Origin: Desulfobacterales bacterium
GTDB lineage: Bacteria; Desulfobacterota; Desulfobacteria; Desulfobacterales; UBA5852
Direction: 5' to 3'
Assembly (NCBI GenBank): GCA_963674755.2
Contig: CAXXVS010000002.1
Coordinates: 1,984,001-2,048,000 of the forward strand
Length of the DNA stretch: 64,000 bases
The position numbers were made by a program, and so were the translations under genes. The first letter of the stretch is position 1. Every line of letters begins with the position of its first letter. The notes under the pieces are model-generated. The model was given only the letters and a program-made list of their open reading frames with translations. It was not told the DNA's origin and searched no databases. Shown one piece after another: positions 40,278 to 50,902 of this stretch.

Positions 40278-41441
40278 TTGACCGACACCGCTGAAACTGT
40301 TCTGCCGTGGCTTCGGCTGCGCTCCGTTCCCGGCGTCGGGAACCTCATTTTCCGGCGCCTGGTGGAACGCTTCGGTGAACCGCAGCAGGTTTTCCAGGCC
40401 GCCGACCAAGACCTGCGGGGGGTGGAGGGTCTTACACCGCGCCTGGTGGCCGGCATACGACAACAGGCCAAGGAGAATTCATTCAGCGACCGCGAGATGG
40501 AAAACGCCCGGCGAATGGGCTGTCACATCGTCACCCAGAAGGATGCCCGCTACCCGGCCCTGCTGCTCCAGATTCCCGATCCCCCGCCCTATCTCTATGT
40601 CTACGGTGAGACGGCGGCGTTTCCGGTGTGTGTGGCCATGGTGGGCTCGCGCCACGCCACTTCCTACGGACTCTCGATCACCCGACGCCTCAGCAACGAT
40701 CTGGCCCGTCAGGGCATCACTGTGGTGAGCGGACTGGCCCGGGGTATCGACACCGCCGCCCATGAGGGGGCCCTCCAGGGCGGCGGAACGACCGTGGCCG
40801 TGCTGGGCAGCGGACTGGCCACGATCTATCCGCCGGAGAATAAAGCCTTGGGCCGCCGCATCGCCGCGCAGGGGGCCGTGGTATCGGAGTTTCCGCTGGA
40901 GGCGGGCCCGGACCCGCATCATTTTCCCCAACGCAACCGGATTATCAGCGGCATGTGCCTGGGAACGGTCGTGGTGGAAGCCACACAGCGCAGCGGCTCT
41001 CTGATCACCGCCCGCCTGGCCCTCGAACAGAATCGCGAAATATTCGCCGTTCCCGGCAGCGTGAATTCCTTCAAAAGCATGGGCACCCATACGCTTATCA
41101 AAGAAGGTGCCAAACTCGTCACCCATGTGGGGGATATCCTGGAGGAGCTGCCGCCCCTGGCCGGCCCTGTTCCGCTGGCACCTATAGGAAATCCTGCGGC
41201 CGATCCGCCGGCGGCGCCGGCCGCCCTTTCCGGGGAGGAGCGCATCGTGTTCGAAGCGCTTTCGCCCTACCCCATCCATGTGGATGAACTGATCCGCCAG
41301 GTGAAGATGGACCCCGGCCGCATGGCCGGTATTCTGCTGACACTGGAACTGCAGGGCCTGGCCCGGCAAGACCCCGGCAAGTTATTCCGTCTGACGGATA
41401 AGGCCACCGGGATGTCACCTAAACCGAAAGCCGACCGCTAG
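40278..41441 (+). CDS. dprA: DNA-processing protein DprA
   Basis: VGSR, VSGLARGID, FPQRNRIISG, SGSLITA; upstream of topA. Confidence 0.95.
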   Translation: MTDTAETVLPWLRLRSVPGVGNLIFRRLVERFGEPQQVFQAADQDLRGVEGLTPRLVAGIRQQAKENSFSDREMENARRMGCHIVTQKDARYPALLLQIPDPPPYLYVYGETAAFPVCVAMVGSRHATSYGLSITRRLSNDLARQGITVVSGLARGIDTAAHEGALQGGGTTVAVLGSGLATIYPPENKALGRRIAAQGAVVSEFPLEAGPDPHHFPQRNRIISGMCLGTVVVEATQRSGSLITARLALEQNREIFAVPGSVNSFKSMGTHTLIKEGAKLVTHVGDILEELPPLAGPVPLAPIGNPAADPPAAPAALSGEERIVFEALSPYPIHVDELIRQVKMDPGRMAGILLTLELQGLARQDPGKLFRLTDKATGMSPKPKADR

Positions 41442-41511
41442 TCCTGGAGAACGCCGCGTTTAGACGGCCTGCGGGTGACCGCGCAACGGTCACACCAATA
41501 AAGGAGTACCC

Positions 41512-43815
41512 GTGAGTAAACCGCTTGTTATTGTGGAATCACCCACCAAAATCAAAACCCTGGCGAAGGTGCTCGGGAATCAATATGCCATCGCGGCGAC
41601 CGTCGGCCACATCAAAGATCTGCCTGAAAAGGAAATGGGGGTCGATATCGAGGACGGCTTCAAGCCCCGCTATCGCACCATCGCCGGCAAGCAGAAGGTG
41701 ATCAAGAATCTCAAGGCCGCGGCCGGTGATAGCGACGAGATCTACCTGGCCCCCGACCCGGATCGCGAGGGCGAAGCCATTGCCTGGCACGCCGCCGAAG
41801 TCCTCAAGAAGAAGGGACGACGCTTTTATCGCGTCCTGTTTCACGAACTGACCCCCAATGCCATCAAAGAGGCCATCGCCCACCCCCGGGAACTGGACAC
41901 CGCCAAGTACGAAGCCCAGCAGACCCGAAGGATTCTGGATCGTCTGGTGGGCTATCAGATATCCCCCCTGCTGTGGAAAAAGGTCAAGGGCAGCCTGAGC
42001 GCCGGACGCGTGCAGTCGGTGGCGGTCAAAATGATCTGCGACCGGGAGCGGGCCATCCAGGCCTTCGAGCCCGAGGAATACTGGAGCATCACCGCCCGGC
42101 TGGACGGCAACACCCCGCCGCCGTTCAGCGCCAAACTGGTGCGCCAGGCCGGCAAGAAAATCAGCATCCCCAATGGCGACCAGGCCCGGTCCATCGTGGA
42201 CCAGCTCTCCCAGGCGGAATTTCGCGTCCAGCAGGTCGTCAAAAAGACCACCCGGCGCAATCCCCAGCCCCCTTTTATCACCAGCAAGCTACAGCAGGAA
42301 GCCATTCGCCGGCTCCGCTTTTCCGCCCGCAAAACCATGATTGTAGCCCAGCAACTCTACGAAGGCATCGAGCTGGGGGACGGCGAATCCGTCGGTCTGA
42401 TCACCTACATGCGGACGGACTCCACCCGTATTGCCGAAGAGGCCGCCCGGGAGGCCCTGCAGCTGATCACGGCGCGCTTCGGCAAGCCTTATGTGCTGGA
42501 CCAACCGCGCTTTTTCAAAAACCGCAAAAAGGCCCAGGATGCCCACGAGGCCATCCGCCCCACCTCGGTCTTTCACACACCGGAATCGGTAAAGCCTTAT
42601 CTCCAGCCGGACCAGCTGGCCCTCTACGAACTGATCTGGAAACGCTTCGTGGCCTCGCAGATGCAGCCGGCCCTCATCAATCAGCTGCGGCTGTCCATCA
42701 AAGCCGCCGATTTCATCTTCTCGGCCAGCGGCTCTTCGGTTAAATTCCCCGGCTTCATGGCGTTGTATACTTCGTCGGAAGAAGATGCCCAGCGCGAGAA
42801 GGAAAGTAAACAGGAGGACATCCCCGACCTGCCGGAGGGATCTCCCCTGGACCTCAAGGGATTGGAGCCCAAACAGCATTTTACCGCACCGCCGCCCCGT
42901 TTTTCAGAGGCCTCCCTGGTCAAGGAGCTGGAAGAAAACGGCATCGGGCGCCCCAGCACCTATGCCTCCATTCTCTCCACCATCCGGGACAAGGGCTATG
43001 TGGAGCGGGTGAAGGGCTATTTCCGCCCCAGCGAGCTGGGGTTTATCGTAAACGATCTGATCGTGATGAATTTTCCCGATATCTTCAATGTGGAATTCAC
43101 CGCCCGCATGGAAGACGACCTGGACCGCATCGAACAAAACGAGGCCGAGGCCCTTACGGTGCTGGGCCAATTCTACCGGCCCTTTAAAGTCAAACTGGAC
43201 GAGGCGGCCGATGGCATGCTCAGTATCAAGGGCGTCGGCTTCCCGACGGATTTGAAATGCCCCCAGTGCGGCAGCCGCCTGCATATCAAGGTCGGCAAGA
43301 ACGGCCCTTTCATTGCCTGCAGCGCCTATCCGAAATGCGACTACTCGCGCGATTACGAGCGCGATGAGAAAGGACGCATTCAGCCGGTGGAACCGGCGGC
43401 CGATCTGCCATCGGACAAGACCTGTGAAAAATGCGGACGGCCGATGGTCATCAAACACGGCCGCTACGGCGAATTCCTGGCCTGCACCGGCTATCCGGAA
43501 TGCAAGCACACCGAATCGCTCAGCAATGGCAGTTCCGGACGCTCCACGGGGGTCAAATGCCCGGAGCCCGGCTGCGCCGGCGACCTCACGGAGCGCAAGT
43601 CCCGGCGGGGAAAAGTCTTCTATGGCTGCAGCCGGTTCCCGGACTGCACCTACGCCATCTGGGACAAACCCGTGGCCCGGCCCTGCGAGGTCTGCGGCGC
43701 TCCTTTCATGGTCGAAAAATCCACCAAACGCGACGGCCGCTTCTACGCCTGTATCGCTGAGGGCTGCGGCAACCGGGAATCGATTCCCGAATCGGAGGGC
43801 GAGGAAGACGCCTGA
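41512..43815 (+). CDS. topA: DNA topoisomerase I
   Basis: IVESPTK, DPDREGE, SAGRVQS, ITYMRTD, C-terminal Zn ribbons. Confidence 0.97.
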   Translation: MSKPLVIVESPTKIKTLAKVLGNQYAIAATVGHIKDLPEKEMGVDIEDGFKPRYRTIAGKQKVIKNLKAAAGDSDEIYLAPDPDREGEAIAWHAAEVLKKKGRRFYRVLFHELTPNAIKEAIAHPRELDTAKYEAQQTRRILDRLVGYQISPLLWKKVKGSLSAGRVQSVAVKMICDRERAIQAFEPEEYWSITARLDGNTPPPFSAKLVRQAGKKISIPNGDQARSIVDQLSQAEFRVQQVVKKTTRRNPQPPFITSKLQQEAIRRLRFSARKTMIVAQQLYEGIELGDGESVGLITYMRTDSTRIAEEAAREALQLITARFGKPYVLDQPRFFKNRKKAQDAHEAIRPTSVFHTPESVKPYLQPDQLALYELIWKRFVASQMQPALINQLRLSIKAADFIFSASGSSVKFPGFMALYTSSEEDAQREKESKQEDIPDLPEGSPLDLKGLEPKQHFTAPPPRFSEASLVKELEENGIGRPSTYASILSTIRDKGYVERVKGYFRPSELGFIVNDLIVMNFPDIFNVEFTARMEDDLDRIEQNEAEALTVLGQFYRPFKVKLDEAADGMLSIKGVGFPTDLKCPQCGSRLHIKVGKNGPFIACSAYPKCDYSRDYERDEKGRIQPVEPAADLPSDKTCEKCGRPMVIKHGRYGEFLACTGYPECKHTESLSNGSSGRSTGVKCPEPGCAGDLTERKSRRGKVFYGCSRFPDCTYAIWDKPVARPCEVCGAPFMVEKSTKRDGRFYACIAEGCGNRESIPESEGEEDA

Positions 43816-43974
43816 GAAGATAATCGCATCGGCGGATCGGACTGGGTCGAAAAGCCTTTGCGGAGGATCATTTCTTCGCCGGCACGCCGCAACGGGTTCC
43901 AGCAACGAAAAAATTGTGCTTGACAAGTTCTTGCCGCCTTGTTAGTGAGCATAAAAATCATCTTGGAAATTCAT

Positions 43975-44076
43975 ATGGATACGCTGATTAGCTTTATCAA
44001 CCTGCTCGGTCTTATTATCGTCCTCGTGGTAGATATTCTCCTTCTACCACGAGGCAAGGGGTTGATAATGGCCTAA
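43975..44076 (+). CDS. ilv operon leader peptide (33 aa)
   Basis: MDTLISFINLLGLIIVLVVDILLLPRGKGLIMA: 18 of 33 residues are Ile/Leu/Val; lies between TTGACA (43920) and a terminator. Confidence 0.85.
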   Translation: MDTLISFINLLGLIIVLVVDILLLPRGKGLIMA

Positions 44077-44138
44077 ACCAGCGGACCAAAGATTTACCAA
44101 ATCCGTTATCAGCCCCGAGCTGATAACGGATTTTTTTT
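44022..44138 (+). terminator. Transcription attenuator of the ilv operon
   Basis: 12-bp hairpin 44022-44054; antiterminator segment GGGGTTGATAATGG pairs with CCGTTATCAGCCCC; terminator AATCCGTTATCAGC/GCTGATAACGGATT plus T run. Confidence 0.9.
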
Positions 44139-44195
44139 GGCCTGAAATGAAGGATTTCGCAACAAGCTGCCACCCCAAGACCCAGGAGCCACCCC

Positions 44196-45863
44196 ATGCA
44201 CAGTGACAACGTTAAGAAAGGCCTCGAGCGCGCCCCCCACCGCTCCCTATTCAAAGCCATTGGCTATACCGATGCCGAAATCGAACGCCCCCTGATCGGC
44301 GTGGCCAATGCCGCCAACACGATCATCCCCGGCCACGCCCATCTGAACGCCATCGCCCAGGCGGTCAAAAACGGCATCTACATGGCCGGCGGCACCCCCA
44401 TCGAATTTGGTTCCATCGGGGTTTGCGACGGCATCGCCATGAACCATATCGGCATGAAGTATTCCCTGGGCAGCCGCGAAATCATTGCCGATTCGGTTGA
44501 AATCATGGCCGTCGCCCATGCCTTCGACGCCCTGGTGCTGATCCCCAATTGCGACAAGATCGTCCCCGGCATGCTGATGGCCGCCGCCCGGCTGGATCTG
44601 CCCGCCATCGTGGTCAGCGGCGGTCCCATGCTGGCCGGCGAACATCCCGCCAAACTCGGCGCCCGGGTGGACCTGATCACTGTCTTCGAAGCAGTGGGGG
44701 CGGTCAAAGCCGGCCGGATGAGCGTCGATGAACTCTCCGCCATGGAGGATGCGGCCTGTCCGACCTGCGGCTCCTGCTCGGGGATGTTTACGGCCAATTC
44801 CATGAACTGCCTGACCGAAGCCATCGGTCTGGGGCTGCCCGGCAACGGCACGATCCCGGCGGTGATGTCCGAACGCATCCGGCTGGCCAAGCAGGCCGGC
44901 ATGCAAAGCGTGGCCCTGGCCCAGTCCGGTTTGACCCCCCGCCGCATCCTGACGCCCCAGGCCTTTCGCAACGCCCTGACGGTCGACATGGCCCTGGGGT
45001 GCTCCACCAATACGGCGCTCCATCTGACCGCCATCGCCCATGAAGCCGGGGTGCCCCTGGATCTCGATATGATCAACGCCATCAGCGAACGCACACCGCA
45101 TCTGTGTTCCCTGAGCCCCGGCGGGCGCCACCATATCCAGGATCTGCACCGCGCCGGCGGTATTCCGGCCGTCATGCAGATCCTCAACGAAGCCGGCCTC
45201 ATCGACACGGAAGTACTCACCGTCAGCGGCCGGACGGTGGGTGAAAATCTGTCCTGCGCCGTGCTGCGGGATGCCGATGTCATCCGCCCCGTGGCCCAAG
45301 CCTATCATCCGGTGGGCGGCCTGGCGGTCCTCTTCGGCAATCTCGCGCCGGAGGGCTGTGTGGTCAAACAATCGGCCGTGCGGGAAGAAATGCTGCGGCA
45401 CGAGGGGCCGGCCCGCGTCTTCGATACCGAAGAAGAGGCCACCCAGGCCATTATGGACGGCCATATCCACAAGGGGGATGTGGTGGTGATCCGCTATGAG
45501 GGCCCCAAGGGCGGCCCCGGGATGCGGGAGATGCTGACCCCCACGTCAGCCATCGCCGGCATGGGGCTCGACGCCCACGTGGCCCTGCTGACCGACGGCC
45601 GTTTTTCCGGCGGCTCCCGGGGCGCCGTTATCGGCCACATCTCCCCGGAAGCCATGCAGGGCGGCCCCCTCGCCCTGGTGGCGGAAGGCGACCGCATCAC
45701 CATTGATATCCCCGGCAAGACCCTTACCCTTCAAGTGGACGAAAGCGAGCTGGCCCGCCGCCGGTCCGCATGGCAGGCGCCCGCCCCCCGGATCACGACA
45801 GGCTACATGGCGCGCTACGCCAAGCTGGTGTCCTCGGCCGCCCAGGGGGCCATTGTCGAATAA
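44196..45863 (+). CDS. ilvD: Dihydroxy-acid dehydratase
   Basis: [33 protein letters not shown]. Confidence 0.97.
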   Translation: MHSDNVKKGLERAPHRSLFKAIGYTDAEIERPLIGVANAANTIIPGHAHLNAIAQAVKNGIYMAGGTPIEFGSIGVCDGIAMNHIGMKYSLGSREIIADSVEIMAVAHAFDALVLIPNCDKIVPGMLMAAARLDLPAIVVSGGPMLAGEHPAKLGARVDLITVFEAVGAVKAGRMSVDELSAMEDAACPTCGSCSGMFTANSMNCLTEAIGLGLPGNGTIPAVMSERIRLAKQAGMQSVALAQSGLTPRRILTPQAFRNALTVDMALGCSTNTALHLTAIAHEAGVPLDLDMINAISERTPHLCSLSPGGRHHIQDLHRAGGIPAVMQILNEAGLIDTEVLTVSGRTVGENLSCAVLRDADVIRPVAQAYHPVGGLAVLFGNLAPEGCVVKQSAVREEMLRHEGPARVFDTEEEATQAIMDGHIHKGDVVVIRYEGPKGGPGMREMLTPTSAIAGMGLDAHVALLTDGRFSGGSRGAVIGHISPEAMQGGPLALVAEGDRITIDIPGKTLTLQVDESELARRRSAWQAPAPRITTGYMARYAKLVSSAAQGAIVE

Positions 45864-45888
45864 TCCTCATACCCAAGGTGAACGCATC

Positions 45889-47577
45889 ATGGAAATGACC
45901 GGTGCACAAATTCTGATGGCGGTTTTGCAGGAACAGGGAGTCGATACGATATTCGGCTTCCCGGGAGGGGCTGTCATCGACATCTACGATGAACTGGTGA
46001 AAACCGACATACGCCATGTCCTGGTCCGCCATGAGCAAGGGGCCGTGCATGCCGCCGACGGCTATGCCCGGGCCAGCGGCCGTACGGGAGTCTGCCTGGT
46101 CACCTCGGGGCCGGGAGCCACCAACACGGTCACCGGGATCGCCACGGCCTACATGGACTCGATTCCCATGGTCGTCATTACCGGTCAGGTGCCCACCCAC
46201 CTGATCGGCAACGACGCCTTTCAGGAAGTGGATATTACCGGTATCACCCGGCCCTGCACCAAGCACAACTATCTGGTCAAAAGCGTCGACGATCTGGCCC
46301 GGGTGATGCGGGAAGCCTTCTACATCGCCAAATCGGGGCGGCCCGGACCGGTCTTGGTGGACATCCCCAAAGATGTGGCTAACGGCCGCACCCGCTGGGA
46401 CGACGATCCCCAGGTGCGTATCAAATCCTATCAGCCCAACTACAAGCCCAACATGAAGCAGCTCAAAAAAGTGGTCAGCCTGATGAAGAAAGCCGAGCGC
46501 CCTGTGCTCTTCGGCGGCGGCGGGTTGATTTTGTCCGATGCCTCGGCGGCGTTTACCGAATTTGCGCGCCAGACCCGGACCCCGGTGACGACCTCCCTGA
46601 TGGGCCTGGGAGCCTTCCCCGGATCGGATCCCCTCTGGCTGGGCATGATCGGCATGCACGGCACCTACCGGGCCAACATGTCCACCGGCAACTGCGATCT
46701 CCTGATCGCCATCGGAGTGCGCTTCGACGACCGGGTCACCGGCAAGATCGAAACCTTCGCCGGCAAGGCCAAGATCGTTCACATCGACATCGATCCCACC
46801 TCGATCCGCAAAAACGTCCAGGTGGCCGTCCCGGTGGTGGGGGACTGCCGGGAATCCCTGGAGCGGCTCAACGAGCTGATCGCTGCCGAGAACATCACCG
46901 ATTTCGAGGAACGGCATCGGCCCTGGCTGGGGCAGGTCGACACCTGGCGCACGCAGTTTCGCCTGGCCTACGATCAGGGGGACCAAATCATCAAACCGCA
47001 ATTCGTCATCGACAAGCTCTTCGAGCTCACCCAGGGCCGTGCCATCATCACCACGGAGGTGGGCCAGAACCAGATGTGGACCGCCCAGTTCTATCACTTT
47101 GACGGCCCCCGCCAGTTTCTGACATCCGGCGGCCTGGGGACGATGGGCTTCGGCCTGCCGGCTGCCATCGGCGCCAAGGCGGCCTGCCCCGACCGCGAGG
47201 TGGTGGACGTGGCCGGGGACGGCAGCATTCAGATGAACATCCAGGAGCTGGCCACGGCGGTGCAGTCCTGCCTGCCGGTTAAAATCGTGATCCTCAACAA
47301 CGGCTATCTGGGCATGGTGCGCCAGTGGCAGGAGTTGTTCTACGACAAACGCTACGCCTGCACCCTGATGGATCACCAGCCCGATTTCGTCAAGCTGGCA
47401 GAGGCTTATGGTGCCCTGGGTCTGCGGGCCAAACGCCCCGACCAGGTCGTGCCGGTGCTGAAAGAGGGACTGGCCGCCGACCGCACGGTCATCATGGACT
47501 TCGTGGTGGAAAAGGAGGAGAGCGTCTACCCCATGGTACCGGCGGGCGCTAACATTACGGAAATGCTGCTCGTGTAA
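45889..47577 (+). CDS. ilvB: Acetolactate synthase large subunit
   Basis: FGFPGG, RHEQ, TSGPGATN, RFDDRVTG, GDGS...NN ThDP motif. Confidence 0.96.
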   Translation: MEMTGAQILMAVLQEQGVDTIFGFPGGAVIDIYDELVKTDIRHVLVRHEQGAVHAADGYARASGRTGVCLVTSGPGATNTVTGIATAYMDSIPMVVITGQVPTHLIGNDAFQEVDITGITRPCTKHNYLVKSVDDLARVMREAFYIAKSGRPGPVLVDIPKDVANGRTRWDDDPQVRIKSYQPNYKPNMKQLKKVVSLMKKAERPVLFGGGGLILSDASAAFTEFARQTRTPVTTSLMGLGAFPGSDPLWLGMIGMHGTYRANMSTGNCDLLIAIGVRFDDRVTGKIETFAGKAKIVHIDIDPTSIRKNVQVAVPVVGDCRESLERLNELIAAENITDFEERHRPWLGQVDTWRTQFRLAYDQGDQIIKPQFVIDKLFELTQGRAIITTEVGQNQMWTAQFYHFDGPRQFLTSGGLGTMGFGLPAAIGAKAACPDREVVDVAGDGSIQMNIQELATAVQSCLPVKIVILNNGYLGMVRQWQELFYDKRYACTLMDHQPDFVKLAEAYGALGLRAKRPDQVVPVLKEGLAADRTVIMDFVVEKEESVYPMVPAGANITEMLLV

Positions 47578-47617
47578 CGACAATTGACGGAACGATAGAG
47601 CGAGGCGAAGCAGGCGT

Positions 47618-48106
47618 ATGAACGAAGACAAACACGTCATCACCATGCTGGTGGACAACGAACCCGGCGTTTTATCGCGCGTGGTGGGGCTTTTCGGCGG
47701 GCGGGGTTTCAATATCGAAAGCCTGTGCGTGGCCGAAACCGTCACCCCGGGCGTTTCCCGCATTACCATTGTCACCAAGGCCAACCCGCCGGTGGTGGAG
47801 CAGATCGAGAAGCAGCTCAACAAACTGATCAACGTCATCAAGGTCCGCGACCTGACCCGCGCCGATGCCGTCAAGCGGGAAATGGCCCTGGTCTGCGTCA
47901 AAGCCTGTCCGGAGCACCGGGCGGAGATCCTGCGCATCGTGGATATCTTCCGCTGCAAGGTGGTGGATGTGGGACTGGAGCATTTCATCATCGAGGTGAC
48001 CGGCGACGAGGGCAAACTGCGCGCGCTGATCAGTTTGCTCAAACCCATGGGCATCAAGAAAATCGCGCGCACCGGGACCATCGCCCTGAAGCGCGAGCCC
48101 AAATAG
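47618..48106 (+). CDS. ilvN: Acetolactate synthase small subunit
   Basis: NEPGVLSRV..LF..RGFNIESL ACT domain, KQLNKL, ARTG. Confidence 0.95.
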   Translation: MNEDKHVITMLVDNEPGVLSRVVGLFGGRGFNIESLCVAETVTPGVSRITIVTKANPPVVEQIEKQLNKLINVIKVRDLTRADAVKREMALVCVKACPEHRAEILRIVDIFRCKVVDVGLEHFIIEVTGDEGKLRALISLLKPMGIKKIARTGTIALKREPK

Positions 48107-48175
48107 AAGACCGGCCGGTGCGTCCGGCGAAAAAATAGAAACCTCAACCAGTGTTCGATAGCGAAAGGAAGACCA

Positions 48176-49234
48176 ATGGCCCAGATTGATTTTGGCGGAG
48201 TTGTGGAAGAAGTGATCACCTCGGAAGAATTCTCCCTGGACGAAGCGCGCGAAGTGCTCGGCCGCGAAACCGTGGCCGTCCTCGGATACGGTGTCCAGGG
48301 ACCCGGACAGGCCCTGAACATGCGGGACAACGGCATCCAGGTGATTGTCGGCCAGCGGGAAGGCGGCGCTTCCTGGGACCGGGCCGTGGCCGACGGCTTC
48401 GTTCCCGGCGAAACCCTCCTGCCCATCGAAGAAGCCGCCCAACGCGGTACCATCATCCAGTACCTTCTTTCGGACGCCGGCCAGTCGGCCATGTGGCCCA
48501 AGGTCAAGGCCTGTCTCAACGAAGGCGATGCCCTGTATTTCTCCCACGGCTTTTCGGTGGTCTACAAGGATCAGACCGGGATTGTCCCGCCGGCCAACGT
48601 GGACGTTATCCTGGTGGCCCCCAAGGGCTCGGGCACCACGGTGCGGCGCAACTTCCTGGACGGCAGCGGGATCAATTCGAGCTTTGCCGTCTTCCAGGAT
48701 TTCACGGGCCAGGCCCGGCGCCGGGCCCTGGCCGCCGGCATTGCCATCGGATCCGGCTATCTCTTTCCCACGACTTTCGAACACGAAGTCTACAGCGACC
48801 TGACGGGTGAACGCGGGGTGCTCATGGGATGTCTGGCCGGCGTCATGGAGGCCCAGTACAATCTGCTGCGCAAGCACGGGCACAGTCCCAGCGAAGCCTT
48901 CAACGAGACGGTGGAGGAACTCACCCAGAGCCTGATCCGTCTGGTGGCGGAGAATGGAATGGACTGGATGTTTGCCAATTGCAGCACCACGGCCCAGCGG
49001 GGCGCCCTGGACTGGGCCCCCCGCTTCCGCGACGCGGTGGTGCCGGTTTTCGATGCCCTCTACAAAAGTGTCCAATCGGGACAAGAAACCCGCCGCGTCA
49101 TGGAAACGTGCAGTGCCGCCGATTACCGGGAAAAATTGCAGGCCGAATTGAAGGTCCTCGGCCAATCGGAAATGTGGCGGGCCGGGGCCGCGGTACGGTC
49201 CCTGCGTCCGGAAAACCGGGCGGTGGACAAATAA
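48176..49234 (+). CDS. ilvC: Ketol-acid reductoisomerase
   Basis: GYGVQG, FSHGF, VAPKG, SDLTGERGVLMG, CSTTAQRG. Confidence 0.95.
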   Translation: MAQIDFGGVVEEVITSEEFSLDEAREVLGRETVAVLGYGVQGPGQALNMRDNGIQVIVGQREGGASWDRAVADGFVPGETLLPIEEAAQRGTIIQYLLSDAGQSAMWPKVKACLNEGDALYFSHGFSVVYKDQTGIVPPANVDVILVAPKGSGTTVRRNFLDGSGINSSFAVFQDFTGQARRRALAAGIAIGSGYLFPTTFEHEVYSDLTGERGVLMGCLAGVMEAQYNLLRKHGHSPSEAFNETVEELTQSLIRLVAENGMDWMFANCSTTAQRGALDWAPRFRDAVVPVFDALYKSVQSGQETRRVMETCSAADYREKLQAELKVLGQSEMWRAGAAVRSLRPENRAVDK

Positions 49235-49273
49235 AGGGCACCACAACAGGGGATGATGCAAAAGGATACCGAC

Positions 49274-50902
49274 ATGGAGCCCATGAAGCTCTACGACACG
49301 ACCTTGCGGGACGGCACCCAGGGGGAGGACATCTCCTTCTCGGCCGACGAGAAACTGGCCATCGCCCAGCGGCTGGACGAGATGGGTGTCCACTATATCG
49401 AAGGGGGCTGGCCGGGCTCCAACCCGCGCGACATGCATTTCTTCGATCTGGCCAAACGGGAGGAATTCCGGAACGCCCGCTTAACGGCCTTCGGATCCAC
49501 CCGTCGCCGGGATCGCACGGCGGCCGAAGATCCCAACCTGAAAGCCCTGCTGCAAAGCGGGGCCCCGACGGTGGCCATCTTCGGCAAGACCTGGGATCTG
49601 CATGTGGAAACCATCATGGGCACCACGCTGGCGGAAAACCTCGACATGATCCGGGAGACCGTGGCCTTCCTTAAAGGGGAAAACCGGGAAGTGGTCTACG
49701 ATGCCGAGCATTTTTTCGACGGCTATGCCGCCAACCGCGCCTATGCCCTGCAGACCCTGCAAGCGGCGGTGGAAGCCGGCGCGGACTGGGTGGTGCTGTG
49801 CGACACCAACGGGGGGTCGCTGCCCTTTGATGTGGAGGCCGCCACCCGCGCCGTGCGGGAGCAGCTGGCGGCCTTCAGCACTCCGCTGGAAAGGCCGCAG
49901 CCCGGTATCGGCATCCATACCCATAACGACAGCGGGCTGGCCCTGGCCAATGCCCTGGCCGCGGTCCGGGCCGGGGCCCGCATGGTGCACGGCACGGTGA
50001 ACGGCTACGGCGAGCGTTGCGGCAATGCCGATCTCACCTCCCTGATCCCGGTGCTGCAGGTTAAAATGCACTATCCCTGCGTGGCCGAGGCCAGCCTGGC
50101 CAAGCTCAAGAGTCTGTCGCGCTTTGTCAGCGAAACGGCCAACCAGGTGCCCAGCAACACCCGGCCCTTTGTGGGTAAGAGCGCCTTCGCCCATAAGGGG
50201 GGCATCCACGTCAGCGCCATCATGAAGGAACCCCGGGCCTACGAGCATATGGACCCGGCCCGGGTGGGCAACCGCCGAAGGGTGCTGGTCTCCGACCTCT
50301 CCGGCAAAAGCAATGTGGAATATAAAGCCAAGGAGCTGGGGGTGACCTTGGGCGGCAACGGCTTTAACAGCCGGGAGATCGTGGGCCGCATCAAGGAAAT
50401 GGAGGAGCAGGGCTACCAGTTCGACATGGCCGACGGCACTTTCAAGATCATGGTGGAAAAGTTCACCGAGCAGTTCCAGCCGCTCTTCGATCTGGAATCT
50501 TTCCGGGTCTCCATCGAAAAGGACAAGGATCAACCCTGCACGGCCCACGCCACCATCAAGGTCGCCGTGGGCGGATCGGAAGAAATCACCGCCGCCGAAG
50601 GCCTGGGCCCGGTGAGCGCCCTGGACAATGCCCTGCGCAAGGCCCTGGGGCGCTTCTATCCGGATCTCGACGCCATGCGTCTGGTGGATTTCAAGGTGCG
50701 CGTCATCGACGGCCGGGACGGCACCGCCGCCAAAGTGCGGGTGCTCATCGAGTCCCGCGACCACGATGACATCTGGACCACCATCGGTGTTTCCGAAGAC
50801 ATTATCGAAGCCAGCTGGCAGGCCCTGGCCGACAGCTTTCAATACAAACTGGCCAAGGCCGACGACAGGAATGCCACCCGCCAAAAGCAGGTTTCCATTT
50901 AA
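49274..50902 (+). CDS. cimA: Citramalate synthase
   Basis: DTTLRDGTQ, IEGGWPGSNP, YDAEHFFDG, LCDTNGG, GYGERCGN. Confidence 0.9.
   Translation: MEPMKLYDTTLRDGTQGEDISFSADEKLAIAQRLDEMGVHYIEGGWPGSNPRDMHFFDLAKREEFRNARLTAFGSTRRRDRTAAEDPNLKALLQSGAPTVAIFGKTWDLHVETIMGTTLAENLDMIRETVAFLKGENREVVYDAEHFFDGYAANRAYALQTLQAAVEAGADWVVLCDTNGGSLPFDVEAATRAVREQLAAFSTPLERPQPGIGIHTHNDSGLALANALAAVRAGARMVHGTVNGYGERCGNADLTSLIPVLQVKMHYPCVAEASLAKLKSLSRFVSETANQVPSNTRPFVGKSAFAHKGGIHVSAIMKEPRAYEHMDPARVGNRRRVLVSDLSGKSNVEYKAKELGVTLGGNGFNSREIVGRIKEMEEQGYQFDMADGTFKIMVEKFTEQFQPLFDLESFRVSIEKDKDQPCTAHATIKVAVGGSEEITAAEGLGPVSALDNALRKALGRFYPDLDAMRLVDFKVRVIDGRDGTAAKVRVLIESRDHDDIWTTIGVSEDIIEASWQALADSFQYKLAKADDRNATRQKQVSI

Noticed and set aside
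45793..48519. 908-aa minus-strand ORF, and similar long antisense ORFs across the window
   Set aside because: Shadow of ilvB-ilvN-ilvC, which have unambiguous motifs on the plus strand.
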